This document shows, piece after piece, positions 14,962 to 24,372 of a stretch of 33,078 nucleotides of DNA (the stretch's first letter is position 1; each line of letters begins with the position of its first letter). This DNA comes from a virus (Duplodnaviria > Caudoviricetes), in IMG/VR virus record IMGVR_UViG_3300022895_000019, positions 1 through 33,078 of that record, one strand, 5' to 3'. The position numbers were made by a program, and so were the translations under genes. The notes under the pieces were generated by a model. That model was not told the DNA's origin. It searched no databases and was given only the letters and a program-made list of their open reading frames with translations.

Positions 14962-15332
14962 TGGACCCGACCGACCTCGGCCCAGGCACAGCCACCTGGC
15001 TGGGTGGAACGGGCACTGTATTGCTGGGTGGCTTCCTTTGGCTGCGCAAGTTCCTTTCGAAGGATGCCGCCGACCGAGCCATGGACAACGCCGATATTGG
15101 CACCGTCCGGCGCCTGAATGAACTGCTCGATTCTGAACGTGAAGCTCGCAAACTGGCAGAGGCCCGTGCTGATCAGTTCGCAAAGGAGCGCAACGATCTG
15201 GCCATATCTGTTGGCCGCCTGGAGGGCAACATCCTCGCGCTAACCAGGCAGGTAGAGCAGTTGACCGAGAAGGTCACGACCCAGAGTGAAGAGATCTCGC
15301 GGCTTCGAGCCCAGCTTGGAGGTGGCCATTGA
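14961..15332 (+). CDS. Holin-like membrane protein (one TM plus coiled coil)
   Basis: N-terminal hydrophobic segment WLGGTGTVLLGGFLWL and heptad tail; located between Q and HNH. Confidence 0.6.
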   Translation: MDPTDLGPGTATWLGGTGTVLLGGFLWLRKFLSKDAADRAMDNADIGTVRRLNELLDSEREARKLAEARADQFAKERNDLAISVGRLEGNILALTRQVEQLTEKVTTQSEEISRLRAQLGGGH

Positions 15333-15649
15333 TGGACAAATGCGCGTTGGAATTCATCGCTCGCCGCTGGTGGCGACGGGTAGAGGTCTGGCTGATTGCC
15401 GCTGTGCTTATTACCGGCGGCGCGGTGCTGGGATGGCAGACTGCCTACTGGGCCATGGTCAGCACTCAGGCCCACCAGGTGGACGAGATCCGCCAGGCCT
15501 ACGATGCCGCGATGGCTGAGCGTGACCAGCGCCTGGACGAGCTGACCAGCAAGGCCGAGAGTGCCGCGACCAAGGCATCGAAGGCAGCAACCACCGCGAC
15601 CCAGGCAGCCGACAAGGCCGACGAGGCGCTCAACAGAGTGACGCAGTGA
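15332..15649 (+). CDS. Membrane-anchored coiled-coil protein (putative lysis accessory)
   Basis: RRWWRR followed by TM VWLIAAVLITGGAVLGW and an Ala-rich coiled coil. Confidence 0.6.
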   Translation: MDKCALEFIARRWWRRVEVWLIAAVLITGGAVLGWQTAYWAMVSTQAHQVDEIRQAYDAAMAERDQRLDELTSKAESAATKASKAATTATQAADKADEALNRVTQ

Positions 15650-15987
15650 TGGCCAGGCTCAAGACCTTGGGTTCCCGCATCAAGGAAAGCGCAGGATCAC
15701 GGGTCAAGACGGTCACGCCAGGCAGCTGGCGGAGCGGAATGACCAGCTCCCAGCGAGGCTACGACTACAAGTGGCAGAAGGCGAGGGAGCAGTACCTGCG
15801 CGATAACCCGCTGTGCGTTTACTGCGCCAAGATAGGCAGGACCACTGCGGCAAGCGTCGTTGACCACATTGTCGCTCACCGCGGCGACAAGGATCTTTTC
15901 TGGAGCCAGGACAACTGGCAGTCGCTGTGCAAGCTCTGCCACGACTCGGTCAAGCAGGCCGAGGAGGCTGCCGGCCTGAGTGGCTGA
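15649..15987 (+). CDS. HNH endonuclease (terminase-associated, HK97 gp74-like)
   Basis: PLCVYC...VVDHI..H.G...FW...NWQSLCKLCHD; immediately upstream of cos/terS. Confidence 0.92.
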   Translation: MARLKTLGSRIKESAGSRVKTVTPGSWRSGMTSSQRGYDYKWQKAREQYLRDNPLCVYCAKIGRTTAASVVDHIVAHRGDKDLFWSQDNWQSLCKLCHDSVKQAEEAAGLSG

Positions 15988-16049
15988 CCGCCAGAGGAAT
16001 GGCGCAAGGGCGACCGACGGTCTTCGAGGCACGCCAATTACGTGCTTCA

Positions 16050-16137
16050 TGGTGGGGGGAGGTCAAAATATCGAGATTCTCATCTAGCTAGACCGCCTCC
16101 GACCCCACGTACAGATTTTTTTCCCCCACAGGATTTT
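16050..16137. other. Probable cos/packaging region
   Basis: Non-coding gap between HNH and terS with a G-run, the palindrome TCTAGCTAGA (16083-16092) and T/C runs; position is typical for HK97-like phages. Confidence 0.55.
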
Positions 16138-16143
16138 TGTTAA

Positions 16144-16686
16144 ATGGCTTTAACACCCAAGAAGCGCGCTTTCATCGCCGCGCTGAGGGGAGGTGCGTCC
16201 AATCGAGACGCAGCCATTGCGGCTGGGTGCCCAGCAAAATCAGCATCTGCAGCAGGATCACGGCTGGCCAAGGATCCCGATGTCGCCGCCGAGCTGAAGA
16301 AGCTCCGAGCGCTTGGCCTGATGCCTGGTGATGTTAACGCAGATGTTAAAGACGATGTTAAAGGCGGCGCTTCGGAACGACCCCCGAGGACATCGCCGAC
16401 TGAGCCTGCAGCAGCTGCCCAGAGCCTCGAAGGTGAGTGGGAGCCGGCCGGTTTCGACCTCTCCCAGGCGCTATCCCACAAGGACCCCAAAGACTTCCTG
16501 CTCGCGGTGATGAACGACCTAGGCACCGAGGCCAAGCTGCGCGTGGACGCAGCTAAGGCCCTGATGCCTTTCGTCCACCCCCGGAAAGGGGAGAGTGGCA
16601 AGAAGGAGCAGGCTAAAGATAAGGCTGCCGAGGCGGCCGCTGGTAAGTTCGGCGCCCGTCGTGGCCCACTGCGATCGGTGAAGTGA
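16144..16686 (+). CDS. terS: Terminase small subunit
   Basis: LTPKKRAFI...AAIAAG...SA...GSRL..DPDV; precedes terL. Confidence 0.9.
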   Translation: MALTPKKRAFIAALRGGASNRDAAIAAGCPAKSASAAGSRLAKDPDVAAELKKLRALGLMPGDVNADVKDDVKGGASERPPRTSPTEPAAAAQSLEGEWEPAGFDLSQALSHKDPKDFLLAVMNDLGTEAKLRVDAAKALMPFVHPRKGESGKKEQAKDKAAEAAAGKFGARRGPLRSVK

Positions 16687-18371
16687 TGGATTGGACAACG
16701 GCATGCCCTGACTGGGAGCGACGCATCGTTGCGCGCCAAAGCCTGATCCCGTTCGACCCGCTGTTCCCAACTGAGGCTGAGGAGGCCTTGGAAGTGTTCG
16801 GGGCGCTGCGCATGGTTGATGCCACCGGCAGCCCGCTCATGTCCGAGACGGTGCGTGACTGGGTGAACCAGTTTGTCGCAGCGATCTTCGGCGCCTACGA
16901 CCCGGACGAGGGGCGTCGCCTGGTCAGCGAGTTCATGCTGCTGATCAGCAAGAAGAACGGCAAGTCGACGATCGCTGCCGGCATCATGCTGACGGCGCTG
17001 ATCCTCAACTGGCGACCATCGGGCGAGTTCATCATCCTGGCGCCGACCAAGGAGATTGCCGATAACTCCTACATCCCCATCCGCGACATGGTGCGGGCCG
17101 ATGACGAGCTGTCGGCGCTGCTCAAGGTTCAGGACCACATCCGCACGGTGACGCACCATCAGACCAACGCGACCTTGAAGGTGGTGGCGGCCGATAGTGA
17201 GACAGTGTCGGGCAAGAAGGCTATTGGCGTTTTCGTCGACGAACTGTGGGTGTTCGGCAAGCGGAACAATGCAGAGGCGATGCTTCGCGAGGCAACGGGT
17301 GGCCTGGCATCGCGCCCCGAGGGCTTCATCATCTGGGCCACAACCCAGTCCGATGCACCGCCGGCCGGTGTGTTCCGGCAAAAGCTGATGTATGCCCGCA
17401 AGGTTAGGGATGGCGAGATCGTCGACAAATCGTTCCTGCCGGTGCTGTACGAGTTCCCGAAGGCGCTGCTCGACGCAGGCGCGCATCGGGACTTTTCCAA
17501 CGCCTACATCACCAACCCCAACCTGGGGCTGTCGGTTGATGAACCGTTCATCGAGCGCGGCTATGCCCAAGCCCAGATGGATGGTGAAGAATCGTTCCGC
17601 GGCTTCCTGGCCAAGCACCTTAACGTTGAGATCGGCCTGGCGCTCCTCTCGGATCGCTGGGCCGGCGCTGACTACTGGGAGCGGCAGGCATCGGATGACT
17701 GCCGTACGCTGGAGGACTTGATCGAGCGGTGCGAGGTGATCGACATCGGCATCGACGGCGGTGGCCTTGATGACCTGCTCGGCCTTGCCGCAGTGGGCCG
17801 TGAGCGCGATAGCCGCCGGTGGCTTACTTGGACGCATGCCTGGGCTCACCCCTCGGTGCTGGAGCGGCGCAAGGCTGAGGCGCCGCGCATCCGCGACTTC
17901 GCCAACGATGGTCACCTGACCCTGGTCGAGCGCATCGGCGACGATGTGGATCAAGTTGCCGACCTGGTCGCCCAGGTGGAAGAAGCCGGCCTCCTCGATC
18001 AGGTTGGACTCGACCCTGTTGGAATCGGCGCGATTCTCGATGCCCTGGAGGCCCGAGGCATCCCCCGAGAAAAGATCGGGGGCGTGAAGCAGGGCTACAC
18101 CCTGGGCGGCGCGATCAAGACCGCCGAGCGCAAGCTGGCAGAGGGTGGCCTGTGGCATGGCGGTCAGCCATTGATGGCCTGGTGCTGCGGCAACGCACGG
18201 GTCGAGCCTCGCGGCAATGCAATCCTCATCACCAAACAGGCAAGCGGCTCAGCAAAGATCGACCCGCTGATGGCGCTGTTCAACGCCGTGACGCTTATCG
18301 CCCTGAACCCAGAGGCGCAGGGCGGCATGGCTGACTATCTCGAAAACGGGTTCTTCGAACTCATAGGCTGA
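16686..18371 (+). CDS. terL: Terminase large subunit
   Basis: SKKNGKS Walker A, VFVDE Walker B, IGIDGGGLDDL nuclease motif, KIDPLMA. Confidence 0.95.
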   Translation: MDWTTACPDWERRIVARQSLIPFDPLFPTEAEEALEVFGALRMVDATGSPLMSETVRDWVNQFVAAIFGAYDPDEGRRLVSEFMLLISKKNGKSTIAAGIMLTALILNWRPSGEFIILAPTKEIADNSYIPIRDMVRADDELSALLKVQDHIRTVTHHQTNATLKVVAADSETVSGKKAIGVFVDELWVFGKRNNAEAMLREATGGLASRPEGFIIWATTQSDAPPAGVFRQKLMYARKVRDGEIVDKSFLPVLYEFPKALLDAGAHRDFSNAYITNPNLGLSVDEPFIERGYAQAQMDGEESFRGFLAKHLNVEIGLALLSDRWAGADYWERQASDDCRTLEDLIERCEVIDIGIDGGGLDDLLGLAAVGRERDSRRWLTWTHAWAHPSVLERRKAEAPRIRDFANDGHLTLVERIGDDVDQVADLVAQVEEAGLLDQVGLDPVGIGAILDALEARGIPREKIGGVKQGYTLGGAIKTAERKLAEGGLWHGGQPLMAWCCGNARVEPRGNAILITKQASGSAKIDPLMALFNAVTLIALNPEAQGGMADYLENGFFELIG

Positions 18372-18373
18372 CC

Positions 18374-19585
18374 ATGGCATTCAAATGGTACAACCCCGCG
18401 ACATGGGGCTTCTTCGGTTATACCGACCCGGCCACGGGCGACTATGTCGAGGTTGACCTTGAGGTGGGCGGCAAGCGCACCAAGGCTGGCGTGCGGGTAT
18501 CCGCGAAAACCGCTCTTTCGATCAGCATGGTCTGGTCATGCGTCAAGATCCTGTCCGAGTCACTGAGCGGCCTGCCGCTCAAGCTATACGAGGACAAGGA
18601 GGGTGGCCGGACGCTTGTCACCGGCAACGACCGAATTCTCAAGCTGCTGCGCAAGCCGAATCCTTACATGACCATGCTGAACTTCCTCAAGTTCGTGGTT
18701 GTGAACATGGCGCTGCGTGGCAACGCCTTTGCCTTGATCGAGCGAAACATCCACGGCGATCCCATAGGTCTTGTTCCTCTGGATTGGCGTACGGTCAAGA
18801 TCGACACCGAGGACGACTTGATCTACGTAGTCACGCCCAGCGCAGGCGATCCCTATCCGGTCTCGCCTGAGCACATGCTGCATTTCAAGTTGTTCAGCCT
18901 GGATGGCATCGTCGGTCTTTCGCCGATAGAGCACCAGGCCGAGACCATGGGCTTAGCGAAGGCAGGCCAGCAATGGTCTGCGCGGTTCATGCGTAAGGGC
19001 GGCTTCACTGGTGGCTATGTCATCTACGAGCAGTTTCTGACCAAGGCCCAGCAGGCTCAGGTGATGGAGAAGTTCCCTGACGTGCGCAAGGCCGATGCCG
19101 ACGACATCGGCAAGATGGCCATCCTCCAAGGCAACCCGAAGATCGTGCCGGCCGGTATCAGCCAGAAGGATGCGCAGTTCATCGAGTCGCAGCAGTTTCA
19201 GGAAGAAGCCCTGGCCGGCATTTACGGCGTTCCGCTGTGGCTGGCCAACCGCGCCGGCAAGACCTCGATCATGGGCTCGAACCTTGAGCAGCAGCTCACC
19301 GGCTACATCACCTTCGGCCTCAAGCCCTACATCGATACGATCGAGGACGAGCTGAACGACAAGCTGTTCGGCTCAGGCCCACGCTTCGCTGAGTTCGTGG
19401 TCGAGGGGCTGCTGCGCGCTGACAGCGCCGGGCGAGCCGCCTACTTCCAGGCTGCCTTGGGTGGCTCGGGCGGCTCGGGCTGGCTGTCGATCGATGAGGT
19501 TCGCGAAAAAGAAAACTATGCGCCGCTGGGCGGCGACTACGCCCGGGTTACCCGGTGGGAGATGCAAAAAAATGGCGAACCTTGA
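18374..19585 (+). CDS. Portal protein (HK97 family)
   Basis: V.SCV.ILSE.LS.LPL, PNPYMT, LRGNA, G.SPI, DAQFIE, EVR..EN..PL. Confidence 0.95.
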   Translation: MAFKWYNPATWGFFGYTDPATGDYVEVDLEVGGKRTKAGVRVSAKTALSISMVWSCVKILSESLSGLPLKLYEDKEGGRTLVTGNDRILKLLRKPNPYMTMLNFLKFVVVNMALRGNAFALIERNIHGDPIGLVPLDWRTVKIDTEDDLIYVVTPSAGDPYPVSPEHMLHFKLFSLDGIVGLSPIEHQAETMGLAKAGQQWSARFMRKGGFTGGYVIYEQFLTKAQQAQVMEKFPDVRKADADDIGKMAILQGNPKIVPAGISQKDAQFIESQQFQEEALAGIYGVPLWLANRAGKTSIMGSNLEQQLTGYITFGLKPYIDTIEDELNDKLFGSGPRFAEFVVEGLLRADSAGRAAYFQAALGGSGGSGWLSIDEVREKENYAPLGGDYARVTRWEMQKNGEP

Positions 19586-20213
19586 AGTCCCGTTCGAGCT
19601 CAAGGCCGTAGACGATGCCGGCAACTTCGAAGGCTACGCCGCGGTGTTCAACAACGTCGACCTGGGCGACGACGTAATACTGCCAGGCGCCTTCACCCGG
19701 GTGAAGGCTACTCGCAGCGGCAAACTGAAGCTGGCCCTTTATCACGACCTGACGCGCCTGGTGGGGGCTGCAGATTACCGCCAGGACGACCACGGCCTGC
19801 TGCTCAAGGGGCAGGTAAACCTCAACGTCAGTTACGCCCGTGACGCGTACGAGCTGATGAAGGCCGAAGTGCTCGACAGCATGTCGATCGGCTTCAACAC
19901 CATCAAGGCAGATTTCGAGGACCGCGCCGGCCGGCGCGTGCGCCTCATCAAGGAGGCCGAACTCTGGGAGGCGTCCTTCGTGCCATTCGGCATGAACCCC
20001 GAGGCGCATGTCCTCAGCGTCAAGTCGGACATCAGGCTTTTCGAGAAGGCCCTGCGCGAACGCATGGGCCTCTCGCAGAAGGAAGCGGCGGCAGTCGCTT
20101 CGCTCGGCTACACCGCGCTACGCCGTGATGGCGGGAGCGAGGCCACGGCGATCGTGGATGAGCTGAAAGAAATTCCCAACTTGTTCACCCAATATTTCGG
20201 AGTATCGCCATGA
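19572..20213 (+). CDS. Prohead protease (HK97 family)
   Basis: FEGYAAVFNNVD..DDVI.PGAF, YHD, MSIGF, LWEASFV.FGMNP. Confidence 0.95.
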   Translation: MANLEVPFELKAVDDAGNFEGYAAVFNNVDLGDDVILPGAFTRVKATRSGKLKLALYHDLTRLVGAADYRQDDHGLLLKGQVNLNVSYARDAYELMKAEVLDSMSIGFNTIKADFEDRAGRRVRLIKEAELWEASFVPFGMNPEAHVLSVKSDIRLFEKALRERMGLSQKEAAAVASLGYTALRRDGGSEATAIVDELKEIPNLFTQYFGVSP

Positions 20214-21406
20214 GCGAAGTGAAAGAACTGAAGGATTCCATCGAGCTGCAACTGAAGAACGGCTTTGATGGGTTGCAGAAAAAATACGATGCGGCCATGG
20301 AAGAGGTCGAGAAGGGCAACAAGGTCAGCACCGACCTGAAAAAGCTGATCGACGACCAGAAGGGCGAACTGCAAAAGGTGATCGACCAGGTCGTCGACCT
20401 GGAGCAGAAAGGCGTCAAGTTGCGCGGCCAGCCGGGCGAGGGCAAGAGCTTCATCGACATGATCAAGGGCGATGACAGCTACAAGGCCCTGTCTTCGAAT
20501 TCGGCAAACCGCGCCGAGATCGAAGTCACCAAATCTGATCTGGCTGCCATGAAGGAAGTCAAGGTCACCAGCGCCGGGGTTGTCGCGCCGGTGTATGACA
20601 CCACCATCCAGCCAGGCATTCGCCAAGAGCTGCGAATCCGCGACCTGCTCACCGCTATCCCGGTCACTGGCCAGAACTACACCTACTTCCGTGAAAAGCT
20701 GCATACCCGCGGCGCCGGCATGGTGGTAGAGGGCGGCACCAAGCCAACCAGCGACGTGACTTTCGAATCGGCAACCGATCGCGTCAAAAAGATCGCGGTC
20801 TGGATGCCAGTGACCGAAGAAGCGTTGGCCGACGTTCCCCAAATGCAGGGGTATATCCAGGAACTACTGCGCTACGACCTGAAGCTCGAAGAAGAAAACC
20901 AGATCCTCAAAGGGGATGGTACTGGCGAGAACCTGAACGGACTGATGACCCAGGCCACCATCTACGACGCTAACTTGACCAAAGCAGGCGATACCTCGAT
21001 CGACATCGTGCGCCGCGGCATCTACCAGGTTCGTAAGCAATCGAAGCTGTCCGCCGATGGCGTTGTGATGAGCGAGCTCGATTGGATGAACATCGAGCTG
21101 CAAAAGGATGGAGAAAACCGCTACCTGTTCGCCAACCTGCAGGGCCTGGTCACTCCGATCCTCTGGGGTCGTCCTGTCATTACCTCGGACAGCATGGACG
21201 AGGGTGATGCAGACACTGGGGGTGAGTTTCTGATCGCCAACTTCGCCCGCGCTGCAATCCTCTTCGACCGCATGACCTATCTGTTCAAGATGGGTCTGAT
21301 CAACGACATGTTCATCAAGAACATGATCGCGCTGCTGGCTGAAGAGCGTTTGGGCCTCGGCGTGCGTCGCAGGGAAGCGTTGGTCAAGGGCAGCTTTCCC
21401 AAGTAA
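20210..21406 (+). CDS. Major capsid protein (HK97 fold, with delta domain)
   Basis: Coiled-coil N-terminus, EGGTKP.SD.TF, QILKGDGTG.NL.G, LWGRPV, AEERL. Confidence 0.95.
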   Translation: MSEVKELKDSIELQLKNGFDGLQKKYDAAMEEVEKGNKVSTDLKKLIDDQKGELQKVIDQVVDLEQKGVKLRGQPGEGKSFIDMIKGDDSYKALSSNSANRAEIEVTKSDLAAMKEVKVTSAGVVAPVYDTTIQPGIRQELRIRDLLTAIPVTGQNYTYFREKLHTRGAGMVVEGGTKPTSDVTFESATDRVKKIAVWMPVTEEALADVPQMQGYIQELLRYDLKLEEENQILKGDGTGENLNGLMTQATIYDANLTKAGDTSIDIVRRGIYQVRKQSKLSADGVVMSELDWMNIELQKDGENRYLFANLQGLVTPILWGRPVITSDSMDEGDADTGGEFLIANFARAAILFDRMTYLFKMGLINDMFIKNMIALLAEERLGLGVRRREALVKGSFPK

Positions 21407-21430
21407 GCCTGAGCCGTACCTAATCATCAC

Positions 21431-21456
21431 AAAGCCGACATAGCGTCGGCTTTTTG
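21431..21456 (+). terminator. Terminator after the capsid gene
   Basis: AAAGCCGAC-ATAGC-GTCGGCTTT followed by TTG. Confidence 0.8.
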
Positions 21457-21470
21457 TTTCTGGAGGCAGT

Positions 21471-21689
21471 ATGCACATCAAAGCTCTGTGGGGTTTCGTC
21501 GGCAATGCCGAACTGCTGGGCGCCGACTCGGCCAAGGTCAAGCGTGGTCAGGAATTCGAGAAGGCCGACGACGAGTACGCCCATACGCTCTTGGGCAAAG
21601 GCCTGGCCGTTGAGCTGGATACCAACGGCAAGCCGAAGGTAACCAAGCCTAAGGAAGCCAAGCCCACGGCCCCGAAAGAGAGCAAGTAA
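21471..21689 (+). CDS. Small head-accessory protein
   Basis: RBS GGAGG; A..L..KGLA motif and Lys/Pro-rich tail. Confidence 0.75.
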   Translation: MHIKALWGFVGNAELLGADSAKVKRGQEFEKADDEYAHTLLGKGLAVELDTNGKPKVTKPKEAKPTAPKESK

Positions 21690-21989
21690 ATGATCGACTT
21701 GGCCAACGTGAAGATGCACCTGCGGGTCGACGGCGATGAAGAAGACGCCCTGATCGGCGGTTACGTCGAAGCGGCCAAGGCTCACGTCGAGCAGCACTGT
21801 GACCGCAAGCTGGTCGAGGTCGACCCGGTAGAGCCCGAAGAGATGGGCCTGACGCGTGATGTCGAGCAGGCAATCCTGCTGCTGGTCGGGCACTGGTATG
21901 CCAACCGGGAGGCTGTGGCCGTCGGCACCATCGCCACGGCCATGCCCCTCGCAGTCGAAAGACTGCTCTGGTACAGGAAGCGCTTCTGA
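21690..21989 (+). CDS. Head-tail connector (HK97 gp6-like)
   Basis: VKMHLRVD..EEDALI, QAILLLVGHWYANRE. Confidence 0.92.
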   Translation: MIDLANVKMHLRVDGDEEDALIGGYVEAAKAHVEQHCDRKLVEVDPVEPEEMGLTRDVEQAILLLVGHWYANREAVAVGTIATAMPLAVERLLWYRKRF

Positions 21990-22315
21990 TGAGAGCTGGA
22001 CCAATGCGGCATCGATTGAAGCTGGACAAGCCTCATAAAGTGCAGAACGACACCGGTGGCTTTGATGATGATTGGCTCGACATGGGCGAGATCTGGGCAG
22101 AGGTGGCCATGCCTACCGGCCGCGTCTCGCCGGTGGCCGAGCAACTGCAAGCGGTGATCAGTGCCGAGATCCGCACTAGACCCAGATCGGACATAGCCGC
22201 TGGCTGGCGGATGACCGACAAGCGGTCGGGCGTGTCCTACAAGGTCGAGGCTCCGCTACTCAACAACGAACGGGACATGCTGCGGCTGTTGTGCTCCAGC
22301 GTCCCAAACCCATGA
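21989..22315 (+). CDS. Head closure/head-tail adaptor
   Basis: MRAG.MRHR...GG....W...E.WAEV pattern. Confidence 0.88.
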   Translation: MRAGPMRHRLKLDKPHKVQNDTGGFDDDWLDMGEIWAEVAMPTGRVSPVAEQLQAVISAEIRTRPRSDIAAGWRMTDKRSGVSYKVEAPLLNNERDMLRLLCSSVPNP

Positions 22316-22323
22316 GGTGAATC

Positions 22324-22503
22324 ATGAAAATTCAAGCACTCGGCCCGCTGACAGGCGCCTCTGGCGAGCGTGAGAAGGGCGAGCTCTTCGAGCTTAAGAA
22401 AGAAGACGCTGAGGCCCTGATTGCCCGGGGCTGGGCAGTGGCAATTGTTGAGCCGCCCACCCCTGACGCAAAACCGGCAAAGGCCGCCCAGGTTAAGGAG
22501 TAG
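22324..22503 (+). CDS. Small 59-aa protein, not in the ORF track
   Basis: RBS GAGGTG; MKIQALGPLTGASGEREKGELFELKKEDAEALIARGWAVAIVEPPTPDAKPAKAAQVKE. Confidence 0.75.
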   Translation: MKIQALGPLTGASGEREKGELFELKKEDAEALIARGWAVAIVEPPTPDAKPAKAAQVKE

Positions 22504-22507
22504 GGCC

Positions 22508-23083
22508 ATGGCTCGGCGGTCCAGGCTGACGGGCAACATCAAGCTTCGCCGGACGCTCCGCAACATCCACAAAACCATGGATAACGAGCTGAAGCCAGCC
22601 ATGGAAAAGGCGGCGGCTCGCGTGCTGCAGACTATGCAGCAGCTGATACCCAAGGACACAGGCGCAGCTGCTTCGGCGCTGAAGGCCTACGTCGCGCCGA
22701 GTGGCCTGGATGCCCAGATTGGCATCCGCGGGAAGCGTGACAACCGGCGATTCTTCTATCTCCGCTTCCTGGAGTACGGCACCAAGGGGTACACCGGGAC
22801 CCTCTATCAGCGTGCAGACATTGACGCTATTGGCGGGGTGCACACCAACAACCGCGACAAGTCGAAGCTCCGGGGCCGACGCAACGCGTTGAGGCAGCGA
22901 GACACCAAGAACAAGTCCGACGGCAAGAATTTCTTCGGTAAGTACCCGGATATCCCGGCCAGACCAGCCCATCCATGGCTCAGGCCCTCGATTCAGGTAA
23001 ACCGTGAATATGTCCTGGCCGACTTGGAAGAAGCCGTAAGGCGGACGTTGAGCCGCGCAAGCCAGGGGGCCGGCAATGGCTGA
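22508..23083 (+). CDS. HK97 gp10-family tail completion protein
   Basis: P.DTG, FYLRFLEYGT, PARPAHPWLRP. Confidence 0.88.
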   Translation: MARRSRLTGNIKLRRTLRNIHKTMDNELKPAMEKAAARVLQTMQQLIPKDTGAAASALKAYVAPSGLDAQIGIRGKRDNRRFFYLRFLEYGTKGYTGTLYQRADIDAIGGVHTNNRDKSKLRGRRNALRQRDTKNKSDGKNFFGKYPDIPARPAHPWLRPSIQVNREYVLADLEEAVRRTLSRASQGAGNG

Positions 23084-23462
23084 TCCTTCAATTGCTCTAC
23101 AGAAGGCGATCTTCGCCAGGCTCAAGGCCGAAGTCAGCTGTCCGATCTACGATGGCGCCGACATGAACACGGCCAAGCCCTACGTCTCGATTGACCGGGA
23201 GATTGCGACAAACACCCGGCCGATCTCCGGGCGCAAGCGTGAGCACCGCTTGATATACCTCTCGGTTTGGTCCGACAAGGTTGGCCAGGCAGAGGTTAAG
23301 CGCATCAACGGCGAGATAATCGCCGCCCTCGATGAGCGCCCGCTGCCGCTGGAGGTGGGTCGTGCTGTATCTGTACGAGTCGAGCAAGCAGACGCCCAGC
23401 GCGACGCTGACGGCGTCACCTACCAAGGTGCGGTCACCATCCGCGTGATCACCACCCACTGA
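23076..23462 (+). CDS. Tail terminator (DUF3168-like)
   Basis: ALQKAIFARL...IYD...PYV, SVWS...G..EVK.I. Confidence 0.85.
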   Translation: MADPSIALQKAIFARLKAEVSCPIYDGADMNTAKPYVSIDREIATNTRPISGRKREHRLIYLSVWSDKVGQAEVKRINGEIIAALDERPLPLEVGRAVSVRVEQADAQRDADGVTYQGAVTIRVITTH

Positions 23463-23517
23463 ATCACCTACCGGCCGCGCCGCGGCTTCTATCCAATGTG
23501 GCTTTGGAGGAATACCC

Positions 23518-24018
23518 ATGCCTGCAGCAGACAATTTGAACACAGCCGCCGGCTGCCGACTCTTCATCGGCGGGAAAACCGGCGCGGACACCGAGACCGA
23601 CTACAAAGCCGACACCTATGTCGAAGTGGGCGAGATCGAGGACCTTGGCGAATTCGGCGACACCTTCAGCAGCGTAAACTTCACCTCGCTGAAAGACGGT
23701 CGCGTGCGAAAGTACAAGGGCACCGCTGACGCCGGAGACCTGACCGTCACTGTCGGCATGGACAGTGGTGATGCCGGGCAGCGCGCAGTCAAGACCGCGC
23801 ACAAGGACCGCAGCAAGGGCGACTACAACGTCAAGATCACCCTGAATGACGGTGACCCGACCGCAACCCCGGTTATCAACCCGACCACCTTCTACATGCG
23901 CGTCAAGGTAATGAATAACACCGTTGCACCAGGTGCTGCTGACAACGTGGTGCGCCGCAACATCACCATGGGCATCAACTCCGACGTGCTGGAAATTCCA
24001 GCCGCCGCCGCTGCTTGA
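23518..24018 (+). CDS. Major tail tube protein
   Basis: EVGEIEDLGEFGD...KYKGTADAG; RBS GGAGG; position in the tail module. Confidence 0.85.
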   Translation: MPAADNLNTAAGCRLFIGGKTGADTETDYKADTYVEVGEIEDLGEFGDTFSSVNFTSLKDGRVRKYKGTADAGDLTVTVGMDSGDAGQRAVKTAHKDRSKGDYNVKITLNDGDPTATPVINPTTFYMRVKVMNNTVAPGAADNVVRRNITMGINSDVLEIPAAAAA

Positions 24019-24030
24019 TAGGGGGCTTCA

Positions 24031-24372
24031 GTGAGCAAAACTCTGCACGGTACTACTGAGGTCACCGTAGGCGGCCGAGTGCTTATCTTGTCGCCAACGC
24101 TCAGGGCGGTACGCACCATCGAGGCCTACTTCGGTGGGCTCCGAGGCGCGTCGGAGCGACTGCGTGCTGTAGGCGTTGATGCTGTCGCCGTCGTCTTCGC
24201 TGCCGGCTCCGGGATGGAAGACAAGGGCGCCGTCGAAGAACTTGCCGAGGAGATCTGGCAGCAGGGCGTTGCTGACCTGGTGCCAGCTGCGACGGCCTTC
24301 CTTTATGCGCTTTACAACCCACGGGGCGGTGACCCGGGAAAGCCGCCGGCACCGACGGGGTCAGCGCCGTAG
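24031..24372 (+). CDS. Tail assembly chaperone (gpG-like)
   Basis: Lies between tube and TMP and contains the slippery site G-GGA-AAG. Confidence 0.85.
   Translation: MSKTLHGTTEVTVGGRVLILSPTLRAVRTIEAYFGGLRGASERLRAVGVDAVAVVFAAGSGMEDKGAVEELAEEIWQQGVADLVPAATAFLYALYNPRGGDPGKPPAPTGSAP

Noticed and set aside
6646-18158. Long antisense ORFs (6646-7839, 9946-11406, 11210-12595, 16140-18158)
   Set aside because: Shadow frames opposite well-supported GC-rich genes; no motifs.
19566-19572. A7 run at the portal/protease overlap as a possible frameshift fusion
   Set aside because: The protease is in the +1 frame, not -1, and has its own ATG with a GGGAG RBS.
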